Positions 20,269 to 30,575 are shown, counted from the first letter of the stretch. The stretch is 64,000 nt of DNA from an uncultured Candidatus Rokubacteria bacterium (GCA_963747235.1 CAVVEU010000013.1:224001-288000), one strand, 5' to 3'. The notes: generated by a model from the letters alone, not told the origin. Made by a program: numbers and translations.

Positions 20269-21594
20269 ATGCTGAGCCGCGAGGACAACGAGCTCCTGAC
20301 CAGGACCGGGCCGGGCACCGCGATGGGCGACCTGATCCGCCGGTACTGGATCCCGGTGGTGGAATCGAAGGAGCTCGAGCCGGGCGGGCGGGTGAAGCGC
20401 GTGATGCTGCTCGGCGAGCGGCTCATCGTCTTCCGCGGCCGGAGCGGCCGGACCGGCCTCATCGGGGAGTTCTGCCCGCATCGCGGGGCCTCGTTCTACT
20501 ACGGGCGCGTCGAGGAGAACGGGATGCGCTGCGCCTATCACGGCTGGAAGTTCGGCCTCGACGGCCAGTGCCAGGAGATGCCGAGCGAGCCGCCCGAGTC
20601 GAGCTTCGCGGGCAAGGTGAAGCACGCCGCGTACCCGTGCCAGGAGAAGGGCGGGGTGGTCTGGGCCTACATGGGGCCGGCCAGCCCGGCCCCGCCGCTG
20701 CCCGAGCTCGAGTTCACGCTGCTGCCCGCGGGCCACACGTTCATCTCGCGCCGCGTGCAGGACTGCAACTGGTTCCAGGCCATGGAGGGCGGCATCGACT
20801 CGAGCCACATCTCGTTCCTCCACGCGCCGATCGACCACCGCAACAGCGAGGTCACTCAGGACATGGACCGGGTGAGCTTCGGGGTGGGCGCGGCGGTCTC
20901 GACGGGCGACCGCGCGCCGCGCTTCGAGGTGGCCGACACGGATTATGGTGTCGTCATCGGCGCGCGCCGGGCGAATCCGGACGGCCGCTGGTACTGGCGC
21001 ATCACCCAGTTCCTGCTGCCGTTCTACACGATGCCGCCCACCGACCTCGACGAGCGCATCGTGCAGTCGCACATCTGGGTGCCGATGGACGACACGCACT
21101 CGGTCAACTGGATGGTGACGTGGCATCCCGACCGCAAGCTGACCGGCGAGGAGATCCGGCTCAACATCGAGGGCAAGGGCGCGCACGTCTGCGACTACGC
21201 GCCGGCCACCTCGGAGCCCTACGGCGACGTGCGCACCGCGGCCAACCGGGACAACGACTACTTCATGGACTGGGAGATCCACCGCACGCGGATGTACTGC
21301 GGCATCCCGGGCTTCGGCGTCCAGGACCAGGCCGTGCAGGAGAGCCAGGGCGACATCGTGGACCGCAGCCAGGAGCGCCTGGGCTCGAGCGATACCGCGA
21401 TCATCCAGGTGCGCCGGCGCATGATGACGGCGGCCCGCGCGCTGCGCGATCACGGCACCCCCGCGCCCGGCGCCAACCCGGGCTCCTTCCTCGTCCGGTC
21501 CACCTCCGTCGTGCTGGCTCCGGGCGAGAGCTGGATCGAGGGCGCCATGGCGAAGATGGTGGTGAGGGCGGGCGACCAGCTCACGCTCGCCTGA
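20269..21594 (+). CDS. Rieske non-heme iron oxygenase alpha subunit (phthalate dioxygenase/LigX-like)
   Basis: CPHRGA...CAYHGW Rieske motif; [13 protein letters not shown] iron motif; QD...QESQG. Confidence 0.92.
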   Translation: MLSREDNELLTRTGPGTAMGDLIRRYWIPVVESKELEPGGRVKRVMLLGERLIVFRGRSGRTGLIGEFCPHRGASFYYGRVEENGMRCAYHGWKFGLDGQCQEMPSEPPESSFAGKVKHAAYPCQEKGGVVWAYMGPASPAPPLPELEFTLLPAGHTFISRRVQDCNWFQAMEGGIDSSHISFLHAPIDHRNSEVTQDMDRVSFGVGAAVSTGDRAPRFEVADTDYGVVIGARRANPDGRWYWRITQFLLPFYTMPPTDLDERIVQSHIWVPMDDTHSVNWMVTWHPDRKLTGEEIRLNIEGKGAHVCDYAPATSEPYGDVRTAANRDNDYFMDWEIHRTRMYCGIPGFGVQDQAVQESQGDIVDRSQERLGSSDTAIIQVRRRMMTAARALRDHGTPAPGANPGSFLVRSTSVVLAPGESWIEGAMAKMVVRAGDQLTLA

Positions 21595-22373
21595 TGCCGG
21601 GCCGGATGGCCGGCCGCGTGGCCCTCGTCACCGGCGGCGGCGGAGGTATCGGAGAGGCGACCGGCCGGCTGTTCGCGGAGGAAGGCGCCGCGGTCGCATT
21701 GCTCGACACGGACGCGGCCGCGGTGGAGGCGGCCGGCCGCGGGGATCCAGGCCGCGGTACCGGGCGCGCGGGTCGATGGCCCTCACCGGTGACGTCACCC
21801 GGGAGAGCGGAGGCCCGGCGGATCGTCGACGAGACGGTGGCCCGCTGGGGCGCGCTCCACACCCTGGTCAACGTCGCGGGCGTGCGCGTCTACGCGCCGC
21901 TGGCCGACGCGGACGCGACGGACTGGGAGCGCATCATCGGGGTCAACGTGCTCGGCACCGCCCACTGCTGCAAGGCCGCGCTGCCGCGGCTGCGCGCGTC
22001 GGGGCGCGGCACCATCGTCAACGTCTCGTCGGTCTACGGGGTCATGGGCCGGATCGGCATGGGCCAGTACGACACCACCAAGGCGGCGGTGCTCGGCTTC
22101 ACGCGCGCTCTGGCGGTGGAGGAAGCCCCGCACCGCATCCGGGTCAACGCGGTGTGCCCGGGCGGCACCATCACGCCCTATCACATCCGCCGCGCGGCGG
22201 CGCGCGGAGTCTCCGAGGCGGAGATGCGCACCCAGCGCGCGGGCGACAACCTGCTCGGCCGCTGGGCGGAGCCGCGCGAGGTGGCGTACCCGATCCTGTT
22301 CCTCGCCGGGGACGAATCGTCCTTCGTCACGGGCGCCACCCTGATGGTGGACGCCGGCCGCTCCATCTTGTGA
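21594..22373 (+). CDS. Short-chain dehydrogenase/reductase (apparent compensating insertions at about 21740-21810)
   Basis: [17 protein letters not shown] motifs; TGATG coupling to the upstream gene. Confidence 0.88.
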   Translation: MPGRMAGRVALVTGGGGGIGEATGRLFAEEGAAVALLDTDAAAVEAAGRGDPGRGTGRAGRWPSPVTSPGRAEARRIVDETVARWGALHTLVNVAGVRVYAPLADADATDWERIIGVNVLGTAHCCKAALPRLRASGRGTIVNVSSVYGVMGRIGMGQYDTTKAAVLGFTRALAVEEAPHRIRVNAVCPGGTITPYHIRRAAARGVSEAEMRTQRAGDNLLGRWAEPREVAYPILFLAGDESSFVTGATLMVDAGRSIL

Positions 22374-23519
22374 CGTCGCCCGGCGCGGCGGCGCGCCTGC
22401 TCTCGGTGGACGCGCTGCGCGGGCTCACGGTGGCCGCGATGGTGCTGGTGAACAATCCGGGCACGTGGAGCGCGGTGTACGCGCCGCTGCAGCACGCGGC
22501 CTGGCACGGGTGGACGCCGACCGACATGGTCTTCCCGTTCTTCCTCTTCGTGGTCGGCGTCTCCATCCCGCTGGCCCTGGGCCCGCCGCTCGAGCGCGGG
22601 GCGGGGGGCTGTCCGTGCGCGTCGTCCGGCGTGCCGCGGTGATCTTCGCGCTGGGCCTGCTGCTCCACGCGCTGCCCTTCTTTCCGCTCGCCGAGCTCCG
22701 CATCCCGGGGGTGCTCCAGCGCATCGCGGTCTGCTACCTGCTGGCCGCGCTGCTCGTCCTGGCCACCGGCGGCGCGCGGGGCTGGCGGGCCCAGGGGATC
22801 GTCGCGGGCGCGCTGCTGGTGGGCTACTGGCTCGTGATGACGCGGGTCGCCGCGCCCGGCCACGTGGCCGGCGATCTGAGCCCCGAGGGCAATCTCTCCG
22901 GCTACGTGGATCGGCTCGTCCTCGGGACGCGGCACATCTGGCAGGCCACGCGGGTCTACGATCCCGAGGGGATGCTCAGCACGCTGCCCGCCACCGCGAC
23001 CACGCTCCTGGGCGTGCTGGCCGGCCACTGGCTGCGCGCCGGGCAATCGGGCGACCCGGCCTGGCGCGCGGCCCAGCATATCGATCGTCGGCGGGCTCGC
23101 CGTGGCGCGGGCTCGCCGCGACGGCGCTCGGCTGGCTCTGGGGCCTCTCGTTCCCGGTGAACAAGCCCCTGTGGACCAGCTCGTACGCGCTGCTGATGGC
23201 GGGGCTGGCCGCGCTCGCGCTGGCCGCCTGCCACTGGACGATCGAGGTGCGCGGGCGGCGCGGCTGGGCCGGGCCCTTCGCGGTGCTGGGCGTGCACGCG
23301 CTCACGCTGTTCTTCCTGTCGAGCCTGATGGCGAAGCTCCTGTTCATCGTCCGGGTGGGCGCCGGCGGCCCGCGACTCCAGACGTGGCTCTTCGAGCACG
23401 TCTTCGCGCCCTGGGCCGCGCCCGTCAACGCGTCGCTGGCCTACGCGCTGGTGTACGTGCTGCTGTGGTGGGCGCTCATGTGGGCGCTCGACCGGAGCGG
23501 GCTGCGCCTGCGGGTCTGA
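22370..23519 (+). CDS. HGSNAT/NagX-like membrane acetyltransferase (indels near 22600 and 23050-23130)
   Basis: [10 protein letters not shown]...VNNPG, HAAWHG...[28 protein letters not shown] motifs. Confidence 0.85.
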
Positions 23520-24123
23520 CGAGCGGCGGCCGGGCGCGGCTCACGAACGGGTTGCCGCGCAGCCAGAAGCGCCACGGCCGCGCGACCCAGTCCTCCGCGT
23601 AGTCGATGCCGACGCGCGGGCCGGCCGCGATCGCGGCCGGCGAGACGCGGCGGCCCGCCTCGAGCCAGATCCGGTCGCCCAGCAGGTCGGCGCGGTCGAG
23701 GCGGCGGTCGATGCCGAGCGCGATGCAGAGCTTGCCCGGGCCGCTGGTGAGCTCGCCGGGCGCCACGCCGCCGCGCCGGCGGCGCATCAGGTCCACGCCC
23801 TCGACCGGCTCCAGCGCGCGCACCAGCACCGCGTGGGGCACGTCCGCGACATTGGTCACCACGTTGAACTGGTGGTACATGCCGTACACGAAGTAGACGT
23901 ACGCGGTTCCGCCGCGCGCGTACATCGTCTCGGTGCGGCGGGTGCGCCGGCCGCCGTAGGCGTGGGAGGCGCGGTCCTCCGGGCCCCGGTAGGCCTCGGT
24001 CTCCACGATGATCCCGGACACGCGCCGCCCGCCGCGCGTGCGGGCCACCAGGAGCGTGCCCAGAAGTCGCCGGGCGACCGCCACCACGTCGGCGCGCGTG
24101 TAGAACGCGCGCGCCAGCTTCAC
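23476..24123 (-). CDS. mpg: DNA-3-methyladenine glycosylase (MPG/AAG family)
   Basis: IVETEAY, DRASH, YVYFVYGM, AVLVRALEP, GPGKLC, RVGI motifs; GTG start overlaps the upstream stop. Confidence 0.92.
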   Translation of the reverse strand: MKLARAFYTRADVVAVARRLLGTLLVARTRGGRRVSGIIVETEAYRGPEDRASHAYGGRRTRRTETMYARGGTAYVYFVYGMYHQFNVVTNVADVPHAVLVRALEPVEGVDLMRRRRGGVAPGELTSGPGKLCIALGIDRRLDRADLLGDRIWLEAGRRVSPAAIAAGPRVGIDYAEDWVARPWRFWLRGNPFVSRARPPLVRPAGAARSGRAPT

Positions 24124-26132
24124 GGCTTCCGCGCGGAGCGGGCCGCGCCCGCCGCGATCGGGAAGAGACGGTTCTCGCGCATGAGGCGGTCGGTGGTCTC
24201 GTAGAGCGCGAGGAACTCGCGGGTGAGCCGGCTCGCGACCTCCGGGTGCTCGCGGGAGAGATCGGCGGGCGGCATCGCGTCGCCGTCCACCGCGAGCAGC
24301 TCGCCCTGGCCCGCGTTCAGCCGGTAGCGCAGCGCGAAGCCGTCCTTGAAGTAGAACGTCTCCTTCGTGTCGCCGCTGATGATCCCGGCGGTGACCGGGG
24401 GCTCGAAGAGGCTCCGCCCCATGCCCGCGTAGGCGCGGTCGCCCTCGAGCAGCGAGGCGATCGTGGGCAGCACGTCCACCTCGCTCGCGGTCCGGTCCGG
24501 GAGCGCGGGCCAGCGGGCGCGCGCCCGCGCGATCGGGGGCCCCGCCAGGATCAGCGGGAGGCGGAGCCGCTCGAGCCGCTGGGTGCCGAACGTGGGCCCG
24601 GTGTGATCGCCGATGACGACCAGCAGGGTCTGATCGAAGTCGGGCCGCGTCGCCCGCAGCCGGTCCACGAACGCGCGAATGCTGTCGTCGGTGTAGCGGA
24701 AGGTGCCGAGCGGGCCATCGCCGAGCGGCATGGGCGCCTCGGGGGGCACGTGCCACGGCGAATGGCTCGTCCCGGTCATCACGTAGAGGCTGAAGGGCCC
24801 CGGGCTCGCGGTCACCACCCGCGCCGCCTCCAGGAGCAGCGGGCCGTCGTTGATGCCCAGCGGCCCCATCGCGGCCGGTCCGAGCGGCGCCTCGAGCGCG
24901 TCGAAGCCGGCGGCGCGGAAGCCCAGGTTGCGCAGGAAGCTCGTGATCTCGGCGGTGCGGTGGCGGAAGCCGGAGAAGGCGTAGTGCCGGGTTCCGGGCG
25001 CGTTCAGCAGGCGCGGCAGGGAGGCGAAGTAGGTGCCCATGACCGACTGGGAGAGCCGCACGCCGCTGCCGCCCAGGGCGTGGGTCCAGTGCAGGCTGGT
25101 GAGCGTCGCGAAGACCGCGCCGTCCGTGGACGGGAAGCTCTGGTACACCCGCGGGAAGTAGAGGCCCTCGGCCGCGAGCGAGCGGAGGAACGGCAGGACC
25201 GGCCCCTGCGGCTCGTCGTGCTCGAGGAGCGTGGCGCCGAGTCCCTCGACCTGGATCACCACCACGTTCCGGATCCCGAGGCCGCCGGTCCCGCGCAGCG
25301 TGCGCAGGAGCGGATACGGCCGATCGCCCTCGGGGATGCCGAGCAGCCGCTGGGCGAGCGGGAGGGCGTCCGCGGTCTCGAGCCGGTACGGCGGGCGCCC
25401 GCCCGCCATCGCCACCGGCAGGTACTCGCGGATCAGGTCCCAGAGCGGGTTGACCACGGCCTGGTTGAGCACGTAGTCGTCCAGCGCCATCTGGTGGCGG
25501 CTCGCGATCCACGCCATCTCGGTCTTGGCCCGGCCGCCCACCTGCTTGACCGTGATCGGCTGCGCCATCGCGAGCGCGCACAGCGTGAGGGCGCCCAGCG
25601 CGAGGGCGGGGACGTACCAGGGGCGCCAGAGATCGTAGCGGTGAGCGCCGAGCCGCCGGACGTGGCGGGCCGCGAGCGTGACGAAGCTCGCCAGGACGAG
25701 GATCACCAGGGCGACCAGCAGGGGATGCTCCCGGAGGAAGGGACGCAGCGCGATCCAGATGTCGCGGGGCTCGGCCAGGTACGCGAAGAGCATCTCCCAG
25801 AGGTGCTGGTTGCGCTCGCGGACGAAGAGGAGATTGACCGCCGCCACGGTCGCGTTGATCGTGGTGATCACCCAGAGGCCCCCGACCACGGCGCGGCCGC
25901 GCGCGTGCCGCGTGAGCAGCGTGAGGCCGCCGAGGACGAGCAGCTCGAGGCCCAGGAGCGCCAGGTCCAGGCGGAGCCCATGGAGCAGCACGGTGGGCAC
26001 CTCGCCCCACGCGGCGCGCCGGGCGAACCAGGCCACGAACAGGAGGCGGTAGGCGGCCAGGAGGACGAGGTTGAGCGCGACCAGGCCGAGGGCGTGGGCG
26101 GCCAGCCGGCCGGCGCGGGACCCGTCGCTCAT
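24120..26132 (-). CDS. LTA-synthase-like membrane sulfatase/phosphotransferase
   Basis: About 5 N-terminal TM helices (GLRLD), then VVVIQVEG, PSTDG (candidate catalytic Thr), TSHSPW, YTD and GDH. Confidence 0.8.
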   Translation of the reverse strand: MSDGSRAGRLAAHALGLVALNLVLLAAYRLLFVAWFARRAAWGEVPTVLLHGLRLDLALLGLELLVLGGLTLLTRHARGRAVVGGLWVITTINATVAAVNLLFVRERNQHLWEMLFAYLAEPRDIWIALRPFLREHPLLVALVILVLASFVTLAARHVRRLGAHRYDLWRPWYVPALALGALTLCALAMAQPITVKQVGGRAKTEMAWIASRHQMALDDYVLNQAVVNPLWDLIREYLPVAMAGGRPPYRLETADALPLAQRLLGIPEGDRPYPLLRTLRGTGGLGIRNVVVIQVEGLGATLLEHDEPQGPVLPFLRSLAAEGLYFPRVYQSFPSTDGAVFATLTSLHWTHALGGSGVRLSQSVMGTYFASLPRLLNAPGTRHYAFSGFRHRTAEITSFLRNLGFRAAGFDALEAPLGPAAMGPLGINDGPLLLEAARVVTASPGPFSLYVMTGTSHSPWHVPPEAPMPLGDGPLGTFRYTDDSIRAFVDRLRATRPDFDQTLLVVIGDHTGPTFGTQRLERLRLPLILAGPPIARARARWPALPDRTASEVDVLPTIASLLEGDRAYAGMGRSLFEPPVTAGIISGDTKETFYFKDGFALRYRLNAGQGELLAVDGDAMPPADLSREHPEVASRLTREFLALYETTDRLMRENRLFPIAAGAARSARKP

Positions 26133-27520
26133 CGAACGCCGAAGAGGGACAGGAAGAACTCCACCCGCTGCCCGAAGGTGGCGGCACTCGCGTCCGCCCA
26201 GATGCTGATCAAGGCGAAGAAGGTCCACACGCCGGCGATCTGCCGGGTCCGCGTCGGCATCGAGACGGGCGTGGCCGCTGCCGCGGCGCCCCGCCGCTGC
26301 TGCTCGCGCCGCATCGAGACGTAGATGCCCAGGCTCAGCAGCAGGCAGTAGAACGAGCGGGCCTCCAGCCAGGGGCGGAGCCCGGCCAGGTCGAGGGTCA
26401 GCAGGAAGGTGTCGTTGAACACGATGTGGTAGTAGAGGTTGCCGAGCCCGGCGGCGGCGAGGGTCGCGGCCAGCATGCGCAGGGCAGGCCGTCCGCGGAA
26501 GCAACGCACGTACGTCGGGAAGAAGAAGAAGTCCACCAGCATCTCCTTGAAATAGTAGTAGTAGCGATTCCAGAACTCGACCAGCGACGGCGCCAGGAGC
26601 GGCTTGTAGGTGTTCCGGAAGACGTTGAAGCCGAAGAGCCGGAGGACGCCCACGACCTCGTGGCCCCGCGCGGCCAGCTTCAGCACGTCCCACACGAGCC
26701 CGGCGTAGAGCGCGCTCCACGCCGCGGCCCACGGGGCCCGCGCGCCCGCGGGCAGGAGCGCTTCGACGCGCGGCACTCCGAGCCCGTACACGCTCCAGGC
26801 CCCCCGCGGCTCCGCGTAGACCAGCCCGGCCATCAGCGCGAGGAGACCGTGGTAGATCGCGGCCAGGGCCAGGAGCTTGAGGCCGGCGAGCTGCGAGCGA
26901 GCGAGGGCCTCCTCGCTCGTGGCCTCGTGCCGCGCCAGATGATCGAGCCCCTTGCCGTAGGGCACGCCGGTGCCGCCGTAGGCGGGATAGAGGTAGAGCA
27001 GATGATCGGAGAAACGGGTGCCCGCCATGCGCCCACGCTGGCCGGAGAGAAGGAGATAGCCCATCCGCCAGAGCAGGAAGGCCAGCGCCAGCACCAGGCC
27101 CGAGAGCGTGAGGGCGACCACGCCTGCACCGTCGGGGACGAGCCAACCCAGGACCACGATCGCCCAGAAGCCGCCGTGCAGCCAGAGCTGGGGCCGGCCG
27201 CGCACGATCGCGGGTAGCGAGGCGAAGCGGCGCGCGGCCAGGTAGACGGCCGCGACCACGACGAGGCAGAGCAGCACGACCAGGGCGCCGGCGAGCGGGC
27301 CGGCCGGGGCCCGCACATCCACCGCGGGAGCCATCTCCTTGAGGGGGCGCCGCACCACCACGTAGAGGGCGCCCAGGGCGAGCAGAGCACGGCGCCGCGG
27401 GGGCGTCAGGCGGGAGAGCAGCGGCCCGGTCCAGGCCTGCCAGCGCGCGACGACGGCGGGGTCCTCGTGGAGTTGCCTCAGTCGTCGCGCCGTTCCCGAG
27501 AAGCCCGCCGCGAGACTCAC
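26129..27520 (-). CDS. MBOAT-like membrane acyltransferase (divergent DltB/AlgI type)
   Basis: Polytopic membrane protein with LFGF...N...KPLLAPSLVEFWNRY...FFFP and GNLYYH. Confidence 0.7.
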   Translation of the reverse strand: MSLAAGFSGTARRLRQLHEDPAVVARWQAWTGPLLSRLTPPRRRALLALGALYVVVRRPLKEMAPAVDVRAPAGPLAGALVVLLCLVVVAAVYLAARRFASLPAIVRGRPQLWLHGGFWAIVVLGWLVPDGAGVVALTLSGLVLALAFLLWRMGYLLLSGQRGRMAGTRFSDHLLYLYPAYGGTGVPYGKGLDHLARHEATSEEALARSQLAGLKLLALAAIYHGLLALMAGLVYAEPRGAWSVYGLGVPRVEALLPAGARAPWAAAWSALYAGLVWDVLKLAARGHEVVGVLRLFGFNVFRNTYKPLLAPSLVEFWNRYYYYFKEMLVDFFFFPTYVRCFRGRPALRMLAATLAAAGLGNLYYHIVFNDTFLLTLDLAGLRPWLEARSFYCLLLSLGIYVSMRREQQRRGAAAAATPVSMPTRTRQIAGVWTFFALISIWADASAATFGQRVEFFLSLFGVR

Positions 27521-27768
27521 CCGGCCTCCCGCTCGATCAGGTCGAGGATGCCGCTCACCGAGGTGAGCTGCTCCGGCTCGAGCCCGATGGCCGCGAAGTC
27601 GATCCGGTACTGCTCCTCGAGAAAGGCCACGATCTCGAGCAGGGCCAGGGAATCGATCAGCCCGCTCTCCACGAGGCTGTCGGTCTCCGCGACCGTGTCG
27701 AGCGGCCGGTCGGGCTTCTGGATGGTGCGCAGGAACTCGAGCACGCGCTCCCGGTGGCGCTGGCGCAC
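27517..27768 (-). CDS. Acyl/peptidyl carrier protein
   Basis: 83 aa, LVESGLIDSLALLEIV phosphopantetheine-Ser motif. Confidence 0.9.
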   Translation of the reverse strand: MRQRHRERVLEFLRTIQKPDRPLDTVAETDSLVESGLIDSLALLEIVAFLEEQYRIDFAAIGLEPEQLTSVSGILDLIEREAG

Positions 27769-29289
27769 TCAGCGCCCCTGCAGGATGCGGGTGAGATCGA
27801 GCGGCGGGCGGCCCGCGCAGGCCTCCCGCACCGCCTCGCGGCTCACCTTGCCGCGCTCGGAGCGCGGGATCGCGTCCACCAGCCACCACCGCGCGGGCAG
27901 CTTGCCCTCGGCGAGCCGCTCGCGGATCCAGCCGTAGACCTCGCGCACCGCCGCGTCGTCGGGCTCCGTGAGCGCCACCGCGAGGCCCACGTTCTGGCCG
28001 TAGAGCGGATCGTCCACCGCGAAGGCGCAGACGTCGGCGACGCGTCGGCAGCCCTCGGCGGCCGCGTCCACCTCGGCGGGGGAGATCTTGAGGCCGCCCT
28101 TGTTGATCTCGTCGCGCTCGCGGCCGCGCAGATGGAGCCAGCCGCGCTCGTCGAGCAGGCCCAGGTCCCCGGTGGCGAAGCGGCCGTGCTGGATCGCCCG
28201 CCGCGTCAGCTCGTCCTGCCCGAGGTAGCCGCGCATGAGCGCCGGGCTCTCGATCCACACCTGGCCGACCTCGCCCGCCGCGCACGGCGTCGCGTCGGCG
28301 CGCCGCACGTGCAGGATCGCGCCCCACGGCGGGCCGATGAGCCCGTCCGCCGGCGTGAACGGGCCGTCCGAGGTGCCGGCCACCCAGCTCCCGGTCTCGG
28401 TGAGCCCGTAGGTGTTGAAGACCTCCGGCGTGCCCGCCCAGCCGCGGACGCTCTCCCACAGGGTGGCGGGCAGGGGCGCCGAGCCGCAGTGGACGCGCCG
28501 GAGCGTGCCGCCGCGCGGCGGGCGGGCCACCCGGAGCGCGAGCCGCCACATCGCGGGGACCGAGGAGAGGAAGGTGATCCGGTGCTCGTCGATGATCGCG
28601 CCCAGGCGGAGCAGCAGATCGGGCCGGAAGGGCGGCGTGATGAAGAGATCCTGGCCGGCGAGCCAGGGGAAGAGGCTGTTGCAGATGAGCCCGTGGCCGA
28701 AGTGGGTCGGCAGCAGGCACAGCGTGCGGGCGTAGGCCGCGAGGCCGAGCTCGCGCCGCAGCGCGCTCCACCGGGCGGCCAGCGAGGCGTGGGTGTGCAC
28801 GACGCCCTTGGGCACGCCGCTCGAGCCGGAGGTGAAGAGCACGAGGGCGTCGGACGCAGGGCGCGCCGCGTCCTCCGGCAGATCGGCATGCCGATCGGCG
28901 GGCGGGAGCGGCTCGGTCGCGTCGAGCACCGTCGCCCCGGGCGGGAGCGCCCGGGCGATCGCGCCGGCGGTGGCGTCGTCCACCACCGAGAAGCGGGGCG
29001 CGACGGTCTCCACGAGGCGCTCGAGCTCGACGCGGGTCAGCGTCCCGTCCACCGGCACCGCGACGGCGCCCGATCGCCAGAGGGCCAGGAGCTCGGCGAA
29101 GAACTCGAGCCGGTTGCCGAAGTGCAGCAGCACCCGGTCACCGGGGCGGAGCCCGCGACGCCGGTAGCGGGCGGCCCGGGCCGAGACCTCGCGCGTCACG
29201 GCCGGCGCATCCCAGTGCCGACCGGTCAACGGCTCGGTGAGCTGGCCGACGGTCAGCAGGACGCGTGCCTCTTCATGACCGTTTCGCAT
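27769..29289 (-). CDS. Class I adenylate-forming enzyme (acyl-AMP/ACP ligase)
   Basis: FTSGSSGVPKG, YGLTE, TGDLG, PRSERGK motifs; exact start uncertain. Confidence 0.9.
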   Translation of the reverse strand: MRNGHEEARVLLTVGQLTEPLTGRHWDAPAVTREVSARAARYRRRGLRPGDRVLLHFGNRLEFFAELLALWRSGAVAVPVDGTLTRVELERLVETVAPRFSVVDDATAGAIARALPPGATVLDATEPLPPADRHADLPEDAARPASDALVLFTSGSSGVPKGVVHTHASLAARWSALRRELGLAAYARTLCLLPTHFGHGLICNSLFPWLAGQDLFITPPFRPDLLLRLGAIIDEHRITFLSSVPAMWRLALRVARPPRGGTLRRVHCGSAPLPATLWESVRGWAGTPEVFNTYGLTETGSWVAGTSDGPFTPADGLIGPPWGAILHVRRADATPCAAGEVGQVWIESPALMRGYLGQDELTRRAIQHGRFATGDLGLLDERGWLHLRGRERDEINKGGLKISPAEVDAAAEGCRRVADVCAFAVDDPLYGQNVGLAVALTEPDDAAVREVYGWIRERLAEGKLPARWWLVDAIPRSERGKVSREAVREACAGRPPLDLTRILQGR

Positions 29290-29405
29290 GATACCGCGAG
29301 GGGCGCGCTGGGGGAAAACACCACGGGCGCGGCCGAGAAGGGGCCGCGCCCGTGATCGACGCCGGCAGAGCTACCCGGCGCCGGCTGCCGCGTCAGGCCG
29401 CCGCG

Positions 29406-29627
29406 CTAGCGTCGCGCTCCCACCACGAGCAGGACCACCCCGCCGGCCAGCGCCAGCCCGCCCAGGATCGGCGGAAGCGGGATCGTGTGCTTCTTGTCGG
29501 CGGTCGCCTTGATGGGGCCGAGATCGATGATCTTCTCCCGCGTGGTGTAGGTGATCCCCTGGTAGGCCAGGGACACCACCCCGATGGCGATCAGCACGAT
29601 GGCGATGATGAGCACTCCGCTCTTCAT
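29406..29627 (-). CDS. Small two-TM membrane protein (DUF3185-like)
   Basis: GITYTTREKIIDLGPIKAT...TIPLPPILGG; AGAGG RBS. Confidence 0.8.
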   Translation of the reverse strand: MKSGVLIIAIVLIAIGVVSLAYQGITYTTREKIIDLGPIKATADKKHTIPLPPILGGLALAGGVVLLVVGARR

Positions 29628-29640
29628 ACGATGTCCTCTC

Positions 29641-30243
29641 TCAGAAGCGGGCGGTGAAGCGCCCGGCTTTGCTGTCCTTGTGGCGCTGCTCGACGACTTC
29701 CCAGTTCACGTTCTCGAGGAAGGCCTCGATGTAGTCCTCCCGGCCTCCCGCCCCGTGGTCCACCATGAAGGCGTGCTCGAAGACGTCGAGCACGACGACC
29801 GGATTGAAGCCGGCCGGGTGGCCCTGCTCGTGGCTCGACACCCACCAGTTGAAGAGGCCGCCGGTGGCGGGATCGCGGTAGAGGATCGCCCAGCCGACGC
29901 CGCGCATGCCGCCGGTCTTGGCGAAGTCCTCGCGCCAGGCGCCCACCGAGCCCCAGGCGGCGCCCAGGTCCACCGAGAGATCGCTGCCCGGAGAGAGCTT
30001 GGAGCCCCCGGCGAGGTTGCCGAAGTAGTACTCGTGCAGCACCATGCCGTCGACCTCGAAGCCGAGCCGCCGCTTCAGCTCGGCCCACACCGGGGTGCCG
30101 GGCTCGGCCTTCGCGGCGCCGTCGAGGAGGCCGTTCGCGTTCTTGACGTAGCCCTCGTAGAGCTTCCAGTGCTGGTCGATCTGATCGTCGGAGATGCCCG
30201 TGAGCGCCCTCGGCTTGAGATGATCCTGGACTTTATAGTTCAT
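29641..30243 (-). CDS. Fe/Mn superoxide dismutase family protein (divergent subfamily)
   Basis: HWKLYEGYV, LHEYYF, LDVFEHAF, YIEAFLENVNW motifs. Confidence 0.88.
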   Translation of the reverse strand: MNYKVQDHLKPRALTGISDDQIDQHWKLYEGYVKNANGLLDGAAKAEPGTPVWAELKRRLGFEVDGMVLHEYYFGNLAGGSKLSPGSDLSVDLGAAWGSVGAWREDFAKTGGMRGVGWAILYRDPATGGLFNWWVSSHEQGHPAGFNPVVVLDVFEHAFMVDHGAGGREDYIEAFLENVNWEVVEQRHKDSKAGRFTARF

Positions 30244-30258
30244 GGCGGCGCTCCGTCG

Positions 30259-30408
30259 CTAGATCGGCCGTCGACCCTGGATGACCCGGATCAGGACCAC
30301 CGCGATGGCGATCAGCAGCAAGAGGTGGATGAAGCCGCCGAGCGTGTAAGAAGTGACCAGGCCCACCGCCCAGAGCACCAGCAGGATCACGAAGATCGTC
30401 CACAGCAT
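30259..30408 (-). CDS. lmo0937-family small membrane protein (49 aa, absent from ORF track)
   Basis: MLWTIFVILLVLWAVGLVTSYTLGGFIHLLLLIAIAVVLIRVIQGRRPI; GGGAGG RBS. Confidence 0.9.
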   Translation of the reverse strand: MLWTIFVILLVLWAVGLVTSYTLGGFIHLLLLIAIAVVLIRVIQGRRPI

Positions 30409-30471
30409 GTGAGTCGCCCTCCCATGTACCGCGAGTAGGAATTCTCGAGTTCAGTTCGTGCGCGTCTCATA

Positions 30472-30487
30472 CGCACGCCACGTGCCA
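30472..30487 (-). promoter_or_regulatory. Sigma-54 -24/-12 promoter for lmo0937-like/SOD/DUF3185 genes
   Basis: TGGCACGTGGCGTGCG (GG-N10-GC). Confidence 0.7.
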
Positions 30488-30575
30488 CCGGGGTCGGCGT
30501 GGCCGAAGTGCGCGATTCCGCGATGGAGAAGTCGCGCTGATGCGGCGCGCGTGGGGACGCGGCGACGCGGGGGCG

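Noticed and set aside
27769-29289. Calling the cluster dltABC or an NRPS
   Set aside because: No DltD or DltX, no condensation or thioesterase domain, and the ligase looks acyl-CoA-ligase-like. The substrate cannot be assigned from sequence.
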